A DNA stretch of 63,574 nucleotides, filler included, from Sphacelaria rigidula (lineage: Eukaryota), in assembly GCA_964200075.2 (NCBI GenBank). It is 6 parts of 6 records of this genome, joined end to end, with 100 filler letters (N's around TTAATTAATTAA, not from the genome) between each part and the next. Parts side by side here need not be neighbours in the genome. Positions count along the whole stretch, not along the records: positions 1 to 10,513 come from CAXNAA020006358.1; positions 10,614 to 21,126 come from CAXNAA020006359.1; 4 more parts are not named here. The stretch is one strand, 5' to 3'. The first letter of the stretch is position 1; each line of letters opens with the position of its first letter. The translations under genes were made by a program, and so were the position numbers. This document shows positions 1 to 12,171 of this stretch, piece by piece. The notes under the pieces were generated by a model. It worked only from the letters and a program-made list of their open reading frames with translations, was not told where the DNA came from and searched no databases.

Positions 1-774
1 GTGGGGGGGGGTGGGGGGGAGCGGCGAGGTCGATAGAGAAATCAAAATTGACTCGCGATGTCGCAAGCCTGGCACTGGGAGCGAAAACGCCTGAGTGATG
101 AATCAATCTTTTTCGGGCTCACAACGACAGACAGAACGCAGTCGACCCGAGGGGCTAAAATGCCGATTAGAGAGTTGCAGTACACACCAAACGGTGTTCG
201 ATAGCGCTCACGATAGCTCCTGCTTCATCATGCAATATGGACCTGTATGACTTACTCATCACTGTGTGAGGCGAAATACCACGTGCCCGGCAACAGGGGT
301 ACGACACATCACGTGGCATTCTCGACAGGGACAACGGGTGCAGGACGTAGCTCACACAAGAAATCTGGAGTCAACCTGGAGTGTATAATGACGATATGCA
401 CAGAGATAAACAAAAGGCTGAATTCCGATCGAATGGCGATACAACATGATAACATCGCCGGTACCTCACTGTACGGTTGGTGGGAAGGTTGTCCAACACC
501 GTGCGCAAAGCTAGGTATTTGGGCCACGCAACTTCAAATACCCGCATGCCGCCCCGCCCAAAAAAATCCTTCGTGGAAAAAAAAGGGTGTCCAGTGACTA
601 CTTGTTATTTTATTGTTCTTGCCTCGTCCCGATTTCCATGACAGAACATGAAGTACAACGCACATGAGGGTGCCTAGTTTTCACCGTGTCTAGCGCCCCG
701 CGGCCTACTGTAAAGTTTCGACAATCTTGTGACGGATGGGGATATTGTCGACAAGGAAGACCTAGGAGTAGCAG

Positions 775-1440
775 GCTCACTACAATCCACTGCGCACGGC
801 CCACCATGTATTGCTCAGGCGCTGCCTTGGATGGCAGAAGCGCAGTCGCACAACCCACGTTCTGTCATACCGAGAGACCCTCGCAAGGTCAGGATACGAA
901 AGCATCGCGACGACGGCGAGAAAGATAAGACTACACGTCACCGATTTCGTCACGCGCATGTCACCCGGACGGATACCGGAGCACATCATGTTCGGTGAAA
1001 TGATAGCCGTAAAGGGGCGACAAGGACAGTTTAACGGCTAGGCACAAGGACTGGATCCGCTGCCAAGAGGAAGACATGAAGGCGTTCGGAATATAATGGC
1101 AGGGACGACGGTGATTGAAGAGGAATTTCGTGCAAGCAAACGGCCTAGGCCTTGCATGCAGTACAGTGACACTGCTGCGTTGAACAGGAAGAATAATGGT
1201 TCATGGCGGACTGGTGCCTAGAGGATGATGCAAAGGCAGCGATACGGCACGCGAAAGCTGCAGGCCTAGATGCACCGACAGCACCTGGGACCGACAGTAC
1301 TAACGCAAGCCTACGCCAGATACGCAAAGCGTTGTGTTTGGTTCTCATCTCTGATTAGTTCACCTCTTGTTCCTAGTGTTTTTTTGTCTGTGTTTATTTT
1401 GTCTCCCTCGCCCCTCCCCGGAAATGAGCCTGGCTCCTTC
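775..1440 (+). mobile_element. Degenerate 3' fragment of an RTE-type LINE (RT C-terminal region plus pyrimidine-rich 3' UTR)
   Basis: Translates as AHYNPLRTAHHVLLRRCLGWQKRSRTTHVLSYRETLARSGYESI...RIPEHIMFGEM...KDWIRCQEEDMKAFGI...WFMADW. This is collinear with the C-terminus of the LINE at 25750-26190. Stops and frameshifts are present, and a T/C-rich tail lies at 1330-1445. Confidence 0.8.
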
Positions 1441-1467
1441 TTTTAGATTATTGTATTCCTTTATCCA

Positions 1468-2855
1468 CGAGCTGGGGCGTTGCCATCAGCCACAGGCTGG
1501 GCCGGCCTAGACGCGAGTTTGTGGTTTGCAGACCCCGTCTCACCTCAATTTTGCGAGTTGGATTTTGAAATTTGGTACGGAGGAAGAATAGGGCATCTGC
1601 CCAGACGCTGTTGATCGGGAGGTGTAGATTTTTTTTTCCGTGAGTTAAGGGCAATGATCAGTACCTAGATAAAAATAATAAAAATAAATAAATAAATTGA
1701 TTGATTAAAGGTTGATTGAAGATGGATGGTTGGATGGTTGGATTGTATTATTTGCACAAAGGGGAAGACAATAAATAAATATATAATATTATATAGATGG
1801 TTGGATGGTTGGTTGGGTTTTATTTTTTGGACAAGGGGAAGACAATATAAGAAAGACACCGTTGACTCACGAAATTAAAAAAACTATACGTCCCGAACGA
1901 TGGCGTTTTTTCGCATGCCCTCTTCTTCCTCTGTACCAAATTTCAAAATCTAACTCGTAAAATTGAGGCGGGACGAGACGATTTAGGAACCGGACCGGGC
2001 GAAATTCGGGACAATATTTTCCAGGCCATTTACCGGCCCAGCTTTGGTACTTGTGTTTTGAATCTGTGTGTGGGACCTCGCTAGGCCATAGCCAACCAAA
2101 AAAAGTGGAAGAGGTTAACATATATATTCAGATATTTTCAGTTGCTTAGGGCGCTTCAGTATAGTAAAGATCATATTTTTACGAGAAGGTCCGTACCTCT
2201 CCAAAACTTATATATAAACGGCCCGTTTTTTCTACTTCGGCATGCCTTCGCAATTCTCCATGATGGGTCTCAAATCTCGATTCTTGAAATTAAGCTGAAC
2301 TGAGATGAGGTCCGAGAGCACTGTCTCTTTTCTTCAAAACTCCCCTGGAAAAAACAAACAAACGAAAAACGACAGTTTTTTCTTCGTTATGCACTAGCGA
2401 CTCTCCATACAAAATTTCAGAGCATAAATCTAAAAAACTGAGACGCAATATCCAGATTTAGTGCATCTGGTGCCTCTACTCGAAGGTATATTGATTTTAG
2501 TATAAAATCTCATGTGCGCCATATCTCGACACAGATAACGAATTAGGCAAAAGTGGAGGTATCGATCGTTTTCCCTTGCTCCGGGGAATATCCACACCAA
2601 AAATCGTCATCACCCGCTGTATTTATTGTTCCGGGTTTCATATAGATTTTAGTATGGACGCTATCTCCGTACGGTACAGGAATCACTATTATAGACATGG
2701 GATTTAATCGACGAGAAAGGATTGGCCCAGACTCTTCAGCAGATGGGCACCCCCATGATCAGACTAGTACGATATGCAGATCACGGCTCAACTGGTCTGT
2801 GCCGATCAGATAGTGCTTTGAGGGTTTAAATCCGCATCTAGGCCGGCCCAGCTCG
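1468..2855. mobile_element. Non-autonomous TIR DNA transposon (Tc1/mariner-like CGAG termini) with internal inverted repeat
   Basis: Left end CGAGCTGGG (1468)...GCTGGGCCGGCCTAGA (1496); right end TCTAGGCCGGCCCAGCTCG (to 2855) followed by TA. Internal IR 1536-1596 / 1915-1980. The same terminus recurs at 53110-53126 and 62821. Confidence 0.7.
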
Positions 2856-3073
2856 TACGTAATCCGAGATCATCGTGCCGTTGTTTGTGTTTGTGTTTGT
2901 GTCAGTGCTGTCGATGTTGTTGCTGTTGCTGTTGTCGCTGCTTCCTTCTTTCCTTTTTGCGGCTGCTACTTCTGTCTGTTTCTGTCCATTTCCTTCTTTC
3001 TTATCCTGCCTTTTTCCTGCTGCTCCTGGCCACGGGCTGTATTGATACAATCAGTTAACGTGATATGACAATA

Positions 3074-3480
3074 GTTTCGAAAAACGCTTTTTCGTCATTC
3101 AAGAGTGAAAATATCCAAGGGCAGGTCGAGTAGAGTATACTCAATTGATGGGTATTTTGAAAGTCGTACTTACAGCATACAAGTTGGGGGTAGGGTTCGA
3201 GGGATCACGTTCCAGTTATTTCTTGGGTACGACTCCTAACACTCTACGCTGATTCGAGTACCTCGAGCACGCTATTCAAAATACCCCGCAATTTAGGGAG
3301 TATACTCTACTCGACCTGCCCTTGCAAATTTCTCAGGATCAGAGTGCAGAATGAAAAAAAAACTCATCGAGAAAAGTCAAGGGGGGTACAACATTTAACG
3401 GAGGGGAAAATAATTTTTCGTTACACTCGGATCCTGAGATATTTGCACTCTGAAACGACAAAAAAAGCGTTCTCCGAAAC
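3074..3480. mobile_element. Palindromic MITE/foldback element
   Basis: Perfect 27-bp inverted repeat CAAGGGCAGGTCGAGTAGAGTATACTC (3116-3142 / 3298-3324). Outer imperfect IR GTTTCG..AACGCTTTTT..AGAGTG.AAATATC (3074-3115 / about 3438-3480). Confidence 0.7.
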
Positions 3481-6389
3481 TCTCTAAATTGATCGATCGA
3501 TCAAACTGAAGTAGGGTCAGGAATACGGTCAAATCGGAATAATTAAAATTGCGTCGATCCTACTGTTGTTGCAAGAGTTGGTTCCGTTACTGTCGGTACT
3601 GTGCGTAAGATTTCTGTCCGCCCTGACACGTGTTCAGGCCTCGGTACAGCCGATGAGTGCAGCAGCGCAGTGCTCGCGGCACAGCTGTCGGACACCTTAT
3701 CACAAGACCTGCCCACCACACCCCCACACTGTTTTGTACTGGGCATGTAAAAATTCTGGGCGCGGGCAACAGAAACTAGCACCCGAGGAACGTAACGTAG
3801 ACGCCGCCTCCGAAGTCCAACGAAGAGTGTGACAATTTTCAACTTCCGAGTACTTCAGCAACAAGTTGGTGAATGCGCTCAGGCACGGTAGGCCTGTATC
3901 TGTCGCAATCAATCACGCCTCCTTACCATGAGACTAGTTTCCGCGTCATGCACTCGGCGCTGCGCTGAATGAGTTGTGGCCACAACCGAACCGGACATAA
4001 GGTGGGCAAGAGACATGCACCAACTGTTTCCTAGCGAGACAAATCGAGAGCACACTCGTCGTGCTCACAGGGCAAAGCTTGAAGCTTCTTTCTTTTCTAT
4101 CCCCAAGTTCTGGTCAAGGCAACAGTACCTCCGACTTTTTGATCAGCCAGGGACTGTCCCACGTCTGTCAACGTGTTCCCAACGCCCCTCGCGATCGGAT
4201 GGATCTTCATCTGACGTTGCTTGCTGTGCTTGTTCCGCGGCGGGTGCACCACGGATGGAGTTGTCTCCTTATTTCATCCAGGGAAACAATCTCGACTGAC
4301 GGGGACAGGTGGTACACCGAGCAATGCGTCGTGTTTGTGGGCATCTTTTTGGAGAACAGCAGCTCTCTGGAGTGAACTGATTAAATGGTGGTCCGCTAAT
4401 ACGGGCTCGGCGCTAATTCGCTTTTGGGCAAGGGAAGACACGTGTACGTCTTCGTGTATATATGGACCTCACTTACGGCTGGCGGAGAAATAACAACCAA
4501 CACCCGAAAATAGAGGTGGCTTTCTGCAGTACATGGACAAGAGGCAAACCGATAAGCTACGGTATATGTAATACAAAGGAGAGGCGGCGGGGGGCTCTTG
4601 GTACACAATGTCAGGATATGACAACATCCTGCCCTAGCTGCCGTTGTTTGCGCCGTCAAAGTAGGGTTATTGTATCACTGGGGTGCTGTCACTTCTGCCG
4701 ACGGCGCAAAGTAGACGCGACTGACAAGGCACGCTTGCGGTGACAGAAGAAAAACTGCCTAAGCGACCGCGAGCATCGTGAACAAATTAACAAGGAGCAA
4801 CCCGCCACAACTTCACCCAACGCAACGCAATAGTGTTTGTTGCGGCAAGCCACAGTCTACAAGCTAAACTCCGCAAAAGCGCCTCGCCTGCCGTCAGTCC
4901 TAGGCGCACCCGCCCATCCTGAGGACGAGAAATTGTGTTCACAAATTGCATTTGTTTGTCGTACCTTTTTTTCGCAGGCTCTGCCACGGTCTCAACTGTA
5001 GGGGAGGGGAGGAAGAGGGTAGCCTCTTCGCCCTCTAATCTCTTTGGAATAGTCGGGCTGTTTGCTTTTGCCCCGTCCTTACTTGCACCAGATGCACACC
5101 GCCAGTTTGCTCTGGTCGTGCTCTTCCTGATCCCCGTTGGCGGCAACACCCAACCCTGATCGAGAACATTGCTTGTTGAGATTTGACGGATTTTGACGTA
5201 TGTCATGGGTTTCGGAATAAGTCATAATCCAATCCGCTTCGCAACTACCGCGTGCATCGCGCCGCAATACCCAAGGAAAGCGGCGAACACAGGTGAAGTA
5301 GGAGGCTGCGGAGTCGTTGAGGATCATCGGAGAGTTGAGTTGCGTGCAAGAATTATGTCTCAACCATCCAGTGCTGGATCTCCTGATGATAGTCCCGTCA
5401 CCACAGCGTGAGTGCAATGCCGTTTTCGCCCTGTCTACTAGTGGGTTGATTAGAGCTCGCGAGCTGTACTGCTAACGGAGGTTCCGCAATGCTATGCGTA
5501 AATTTGGCGTGCGCCACTACCGCACAGATCATGGGCGTGCACTGGTGTGCTTCATGCACTCTATAGGAAGAATTCTCTGGCGTACTTCGTACGTGCTCAG
5601 GTATCAACTTCGAGCGTCGTTTTCGTGCGTGCAGAAAGCTTCGACGCTCATCAGCACAAACAACTCTCTCCTGCCAACTTCCTGGTTCAATCATTGTCAT
5701 GGATTCTGCGAGCATCGAATCCGTTGCGACGGCGGATCTATCGGACTTGTCACACACGCCTAACATTAGTCTACACCCCGGCGATCCAGGTAGATCCATA
5801 AGTGGCAAAAACCAAGCAGCTTTCATCAAAGCTTTCCCCCCGCGTAATGCTCTACATATGAAGTAGAAAACACGTGCATGTTGTTGATACCCGGAATGCG
5901 AGCGACCATCCCTTGCGACATCAGGTTTGACCTCACCAATCCGAAGAGTCATGGTTGAACGCATGTTTGCCTTGACCTGATTGGCTCGAGATGCAGCTTA
6001 TGTCGTGGTTGTTCAGTATCAGTATCATACGACCCATCGATCATCGTTGTCCAGTCATATTCAGCCACACACCACACACCTGTCTTGCCCCAGCCATTTT
6101 CTATGCATAACTATATACTGTACATATATACGTTTACTGTTGTGAAGAGGACGTTCCTGGGGTTCCACAACTCCCGTTCCCTACCGCCATCTGCTTAATT
6201 AAACGAAGAGATTTTCCCCCGAATCGGCGGGCAGAATGCTAGTTGACGTGGCCCCACGGAGTAAACTCTCAACCTGAAGCAACCTGTGTGTGCTCCACAC
6301 TACGTTTATGAACCTAGACTCTACAACTAGAGTACAAACACAGCCGTCACGGTAGCCAGTTCCGTGGGATCATAATTTTGACGTGTCTG

Positions 6390-6744
6390 TGTGTGTTGTC
6401 CCATCTATTCTGGACGGCGGGCTACATCTTGCGGTATATGTGGGCGCACCAGCCGGGGTGACCCAGTTGGAAGGTCAACACTGGAGCTGTTTTCTTTTTT
6501 GTTTGTTTTTAGTACCCCACCTTCCTCTTGTGGTGCTTGCCTTTATTATTTATCGCGAGAGGGGTTCAGCAGTCCCTCTCCCTCGTCGACCGTTGAGTCG
6601 AATTTTGTGAACCCACGACATAGTCGTACTCCTCTGTTGGACATGTTGTGAGAAAATATCCCAGATCGCTCCAGAAATTGAACCCCACTACTCAACCATC
6701 AGAGGGTTTCGGGGTTACCAACTGAGCCACCGGGGCGACCGGCA
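6390..6744 (-). mobile_element. tRNA-derived SINE with 12-bp target-site duplication
   Basis: Minus-strand head GCCGGTCGCCCCGGTGGCTCAGTTGG (Pol III A box)...GGTTCAATTTC (B-box-like), with a (CA)n-type tail. Flanked by TTGACGTGTCTG at 6378-6389 and 6745-6756. Confidence 0.85.
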
Positions 6745-8049
6745 TTGACGTGTCTGAGTAAACCACCGTAACATGACGAGCACAGAGCGTGGTAAAAAAG
6801 TAGCGAATCGAGGACCCAGGAGAACTGGCGACAACGGCTGCGACCAATGACCGCAACAAAGTTGTGCGGCCGGGAGTACGGACAAGTTTTGGTCGACCGC
6901 ACAGCGCCCTCGCCTGAACCTTCAGCGGTTGCCCCTCTCTCGAGGCCTCCGCTAGCCCCTATACCGTCGAGTATACAGGCACCATCACCACTAGCATAAA
7001 GCTGAGATGCACAGTAAGCTACAGGTCATCCCCTGCACGAGTAGCTAGTTTGAAAGAGCCATATCTTATCAAGTATAGGGGAATCGTCTTCCGCACTGAG
7101 TGGAGGAGAACAGTGCGCTACAACTCATTCCCCGCAATGGTAACTAGTTGGAGAAACGGTGTGCTTTTATTAAGTTGGGTCGTCCATGACGCATTTCAGA
7201 GAAGGATGACGATGTGTCGAGGGAGAGTCCCCGGGTGGTGATGAAGTCCTAGGGAACCAAGCGGGCGTTGTCACAGTGAACACGGAGAAGAATATGGCGT
7301 GGAGATCCGGATCTGGTTTCTTGCGTCTTAGATTATGGAAAAAAAACGTCGAGTGCACCAATTTGGGGCACGCGAACGTTTGGTGGTAATAGCGTCGCCG
7401 ACGAGATCCAGTCCAGAATTGTTGTTGGATGATGACCATTTACATCGCCTTGATGATGTTCGGTTCTCATTCACCGACGTATTACATGGACGCCCTGATG
7501 ACAATTTGCATACACAGTGCTGCAGGACCGATGAACTAGACCGCGTATTTAACCCCCCCGTCATGAGTAACCCCTGTCTTCGTGGCGATAGAGAGTAGAG
7601 CTCATGTAGCGGCAAAACGTGAAATATACAAGGAAGAACGGGGCGTGTTACGGAGGGAGGAATGTGGGAAGTAAACCGACGTGGCATGGAACTGTTTCGT
7701 GCATTCGACAGGAGCGAGAAAATGATCCTTTAATCTAGGAGATGGATGGTGGCCACAGACGGCGACGCAAGATGTCAGTAAGATATGTAAACGTTGTTGT
7801 GAAATGTATGAAAGGAACGCAATGAGCGCCCACACGTCGGAGGTGCGAAATCCCCCCCAGATTTTAGCCTTTTTGTTTCTGAAAATCGAAAGTTTGTGCT
7901 GTCACACGTAAAGTACTGTTGGATGATGACCATTTCGTCTGATCACTCAAGTTGCTGTATATATGAATGGCTTGGTGTCCATCGCTGATGACGCGCGCAC
8001 ACACTACATGCACACATACGCACGCACGCATGCACACTCCGCGAAACAG

Positions 8050-8195
8050 GTACCGGTCATGGGCCAGCACATGCCCATTCGTGTGTCGGTGTACCATGAT
8101 CGGGGTGGTCGGCGCGTGGGTGTTCAGCTGGGTCATCCGTGACGTCGACTACGCCCTCACGAACAGGCCCAAACATACCATCGGTGATTTCGAAG
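8050..8195 (+). CDS. Internal exon of a probable rhomboid-superfamily (RHBDD2/Derlin-like) membrane protein; remaining exons not located
   Basis: Bounded by a ...AAACAG acceptor and a G|GTACGT donor. Reads YRSWASTCPFVCRCTMIGVVGAWVFSWVIRDVDYALTNRPKHTIGDFE, resembling the P-x-V-T-R...L-x-x-x-P...(F)E-(V)YR N-terminal pattern of rhomboid-like proteins (recognised from memory, not searched). Confidence 0.55.
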
Positions 8196-9584
8196 GTACG
8201 TGGCGGTAGAAAAGAGGGGCGCCGGGGAGAAAGAGGGGCGAGTCGAGTTAGCCCATTATAGACTTTACCCCAGTTCCGTGCAGGTGTGTAGTGGATGAAG
8301 ATATCCTCGGTTGTAGTGTTGACCATCATAATCGAATCTCTACAGGGCACGTACTCCGAAGCTCTCGCCCGGCGTGCGCGTAGCGTGTGCACTACGCGTT
8401 TTGACAAATATTGGCGCCTCGTCTTTTTGAGTGCCTCAACAAGTCACATCTCGTCTCCTTGTTTCTTTTTCTCATCACGCCTTGCATTCCTCCCTTTCCT
8501 CGGGTCGTGTCCGTCTTATGAAGGGATCATCAATCAATCCATCTCCCGCCCCCGCCCCCGGTTTATGTAGTACACGCCTTGCATTTGGGTACAGCGGATT
8601 GGATCATGACTTGACACTCCCTCACCGCGTCGACTGTCGTCAAAACAAACTCAAGCCAAGGAGGCTCGCTTTGCTACAGCACCTCCCGTGCTCACGATTT
8701 TTGAACGGTACAATTTAGATGTTTTTGAGGCCAAAACACCACACCCTGGACAAAAGATTATACTGTAAAAAAGTGTACTGCGTAGCATGGAATCTATTGT
8801 CTGTTGTAACAGGCGCAAAAGTCGATACTGTACGCAGTACGCTTCTTGACTGTATATTCTATGAATCAGGGTGTGGAGGAAAAGGAAAGCCAAGGCCGGA
8901 GGGGAAGGTTGCTACTCAATCTATTCAGGGAAACCGCCTTATTATTAGGCGGGAACTCCTGCACCATCTGTTTCCTTCGAAGCTATTTCGTGACGATCCG
9001 TGTTGATGAACCCATGCCCGGCGGGTATGATGCCCGGCCGGTCATACCCCCCCCTCCCCCCTGTGCTATGCCCCGTCTCGAAAGGGATGCGTGGTCACTG
9101 GTCAAACGACTAAGGCAAGCAACAAATGAGTACGCCCTCCCCTCCCCCCCGGGCTAGTAGGGTTACAAGGATAAAACCATGCAATATTTATTGTTATTGG
9201 TTGGTGACTTTCGGTTCTTGATCTATTTTTTTGCTTGGCTTCGTGTGTCAAGCGGGAGCATCGGGCTCTAAATCTATTCGTCAAAACGGTCACCTGCGGT
9301 ACCGGATCTTTTGGGATCATGATCGTCCGGATTTTATTACATCTTGTCTGCGTTGTTTTTCTCTGGGCCCTACATATTTTTTTTCCCTTATACCTTATTT
9401 TGGGTAGTTAGCCTGTGACCACGGAAGGCGTCCGCATCAGATGCCCAGGTCGGAAGTCAGAGGGTACTGCGCACATATCGGAACAGTTTTTAATGTCAAG
9501 ACAACAACATTGTCGCTACTGCATTTTCTTGCAGGGTAGCGCACCGTACTAACTTCGGTTTTCAGAGTAACTTGTAGTGTCGGA

Positions 9585-10455
9585 TATCGCAGGGTTCCCG
9601 GGGGTATCGACCAAAGAATATAATATTTTTGAATATCAAACATGGTATTATGAAATACTGCACAGGTACCGTAGGTGAGGTACTGTACCGAGCGTACCCC
9701 CGGTATTAAGCGGGGTATCCCATACCGTGGTAAGCGTAGGTATCGTATGTATGAGTTTTCAAAACACCGGATTTGGCGGGTACGGTAGGTATTGAAATCT
9801 CGAAATACCCTGGTATCGTAGGTATCGTAGGTATGACATTTCAAAATACCGGATTGGGCGGGTACGGTGGGTACGGTAGGTACTGAAATTTCGAAATACC
9901 CTGGTATCGCAGGTATCGTAGGTTTGACATTTCAAAATACCGGATTGGACCGGTATCGGTAGGGTATGAGATGTCCCAAATACCGGTACCGGGTACCTGC
10001 CTTACTCTCTACACCGAATTCAAAACTGTCATCTGGCAGTGCGAAGCGTTTCAGACCTGGGTGGAAGTTGGGCAGTCGAAGTTTTCACAGGCACGGAGGT
10101 AAGGTACCGTACCGAACGTACCCCCGCTATTAAGCGGGGTATCCCATACCGTGGTATGCGTAGGTATGGTAGGTATGAGTTTTCAGAACACCGGATTGGG
10201 CGGGTACGGTAGTTATTGAAATCTCGAAATACCCTGGTATCGTAGGTATGACATTTCAAAATACCGGATTGGGCGGGTACGGTAGGTACTTAAACTTCGA
10301 AATACCCTGGTATCGCAGGTATCGTAGGTTTGACATTTCAAAATACCGGATTGAATCGGCATCGGTAGGGTATGAGATGTCCCAAATACCGGTACCGGGT
10401 ACCTACCTTACCTACGGTGCCTGTGAAATACCGGTTATTCAGGGTCCCCACTGAA
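9585..10455. repeat. GGTA/TACC-rich composite repeat (probable non-autonomous DNA transposon) containing a direct duplication of about 330 bp
   Basis: About 9670-10000 is repeated at about 10095-10405. Internal sub-repeats GGTATCG.AGGT.TGACATTTCAAAATACCGGATTG and GGGTACGGTAGGTA.TGAAAT.TCGAAATACCCT. Confidence 0.75.
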
Positions 10456-10513
10456 AGGCTACTGAGCAGTACAGTGTCCATATCCTACCGTACCCTGACA
10501 GCCTTTGTTGGTG

Positions 10514-10613
10514 NNNNNNNNNNNNNNNNNNNNNNNNNNNNNNNNNNNNNNNNNNNNTTAATTAATTAANNNNNNNNNNNNNNNNNNNNNNNNNNNNNNN
10601 NNNNNNNNNNNNN
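10514..10613. other. Artificial scaffold linker N44-TTAATTAATTAA-N44
   Basis: Identical 100-nt linker occurs five times and carries stop codons in all frames. Confidence 0.97.
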
Positions 10614-11287
10614 GTGGCCATTCGGACTTCAGGGAGTGGAACTCGGTTTTCCAAACTCGACGCGCGACAGGTAGACCATGGTGCAACACCAATTTGCTGT
10701 TGCGTATACCCCTTGGTCGACTGGTGCTTGTGAACGCATGGTGAAAGAGGTTGTTCGTATGTTGCGGTCCATCTTGTTAAAACAAAGACGGCCGGTGTCT
10801 GCATCGGTTGATGTTTTGACAGCCGCTCAGTGGGCGTTGAATACTTGTTTTTGTGAACGCTACCGTAACACTCCGTATTGTGTGATGTTTGGGCGTGCGC
10901 CGCGTACCGCGTTTTCCGCACTGGCTTCTGTCACTGGCGGCGAGTGGAACGTCGGTGTCATGGATGCTGATACGTTGCGTGACAAGTTTCGAGGCGTGGT
11001 TGACGAGCAAGTGCGGTTTTGAAACAAGGTGCAAGCTGCTATCGCGGTGTCTCGCGAAAGCAAATGCAAGCTTGCTCAGGGCCAGGCTGTGTCGCCCAAG
11101 TTTGCCGTTGGAGATTTCGTCTTGTATGCCCATCTCCGTAGGCAAGGTGTGACGCCCAAGTTGATGTCCACATCGACAGGTCCGTGGCGAGTGGTTGGAG
11201 CCGATCACGCTCACGTGTATTCGATGTAGAATATTGTTTCTGGTGCCGTACCCTCGGCCCATGTCGTTCGTGTGCGTTTTTATGCTG

Positions 11288-11546
11288 GAGTGATGCTACG
11301 GTAGGGGTGCCCAATTATTTTCTGAGGTTGGGATTGTTAGGAGCCCTTGATCCCATCCAAAACACGACTTATTATGAAAATATGTTAGAGTACGTCAGGA
11401 TTACTACTCCGATGTGCTGGGGATTTTTTTACTAAATTTGCAAACGGGGATGTCCTGACCCATATTCTTGTGCATCTAGAATCGTTAGGAGCCCGTGAAG
11501 CAGACAAGATTTCGCGCAAAAGTGCGCCCCTACCGTAGCATTGCTC
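11288..11546. mobile_element. MITE with about 20-bp TIRs, GAG...CTC ends and 4-bp TSD (Sola2-like)
   Basis: GCTG|GAGTGATGCTACGGTAGGGG...CCCCTACCGTAGCATTGCTC|GCTG. Removing it plus one GCTG restores the integrase FYADSQL codons seen at about 46780-46800. Confidence 0.9.
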
Positions 11547-11883
11547 GCTGACTCGCAGTTGCACATCGCTGCGGAACTAAAAATGTATTTCAGCATTCGT
11601 ATGCTCAAGGTGAATGTCGAATGGATGCTTTGGGGCACGTCGCTGAGGGTGATAATGGTGATGTCATTGCTTCGGTCTATTGGGATGGGTTCGGTGCTGA
11701 AGAACGTACATGGGAGTCTCTTCGCAAGATTCATTCTTCCACGCCTGCATTTGTTTTGAAGGAACAGGGTGAACTACGGTTGACTCTGGCGCTGACAAGT
11801 ATATCAGCGTCGGATAATGAAATTTCTTTGTGATCTGGCGCATGCGATTTCGCCTTGGTTATTGTTGGGGTCAACCTTGTTCG

Positions 11884-12140
11884 GAGCAATGCTACGGTAG
11901 GGGTGCACTTTTTTCGCAAAATTATGTCTAGTTCAGGGGCTCCTGACGATTCTAGATGCACAAAAATATGGGGTCAGGGCATCCTTGTTTGTATATTCAT
12001 TCGGGATATCCTCAGCACTATGGGTATGAATCCTGGCGTAGTTTTACATCTTTTCATAGGCCATGTTTTGCGTGAGATAAAGGGCCCCTAAGCATTGTAA
12101 CCTCAGAAAATATTTGTGCACCCCTACCGTAGCATCACTC
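11884..12140. mobile_element. Second, inverted and diverged copy of the same MITE family
   Basis: GAGCAATGCTACGGTAGGGG...CCCCTACCGTAGCATCACTC. The interior is reverse-complementary to 11288-11546. TSD not preserved (TTCG/CTGG). Confidence 0.85.
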
Positions 12141-12171
12141 CTGGTTTGTCTTGAACTCGCTTTGAGGGTGC

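Noticed and set aside
188..242. Possible minus-strand exon SILHDEAGAIVSAIEHRL
   Set aside because: Splice sites are plausible, but 55 nt at a scaffold edge cannot be supported without partner exons.
6665..6744. Functional tRNA gene (also 52130-52210)
   Set aside because: A/B boxes are present, but the B box is degenerate and no acceptor stem or cloverleaf is evident. The sequence continues into a SINE body with a TSD.
7050..7130. Minus-strand FSSTQCGRRFPY as a Helitron Rep motif
   Set aside because: The similarity is too short, flanked by stops, and there are no other Rep/helicase motifs.
9670..10405. CRISPR-like appearance of the GGTA/TACC sub-repeats (also 32820-33320)
   Set aside because: There is no constant repeat with unique spacers and no cas genes; the units are degenerate TE-type sub-repeats in a eukaryotic context.
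10558..10569. TTAATTAATTAA recurring about every 10.6 kb as a biological periodic element or piggyBac TTAA site
   Set aside because: It is always embedded symmetrically in N runs, so it is an assembly linker.
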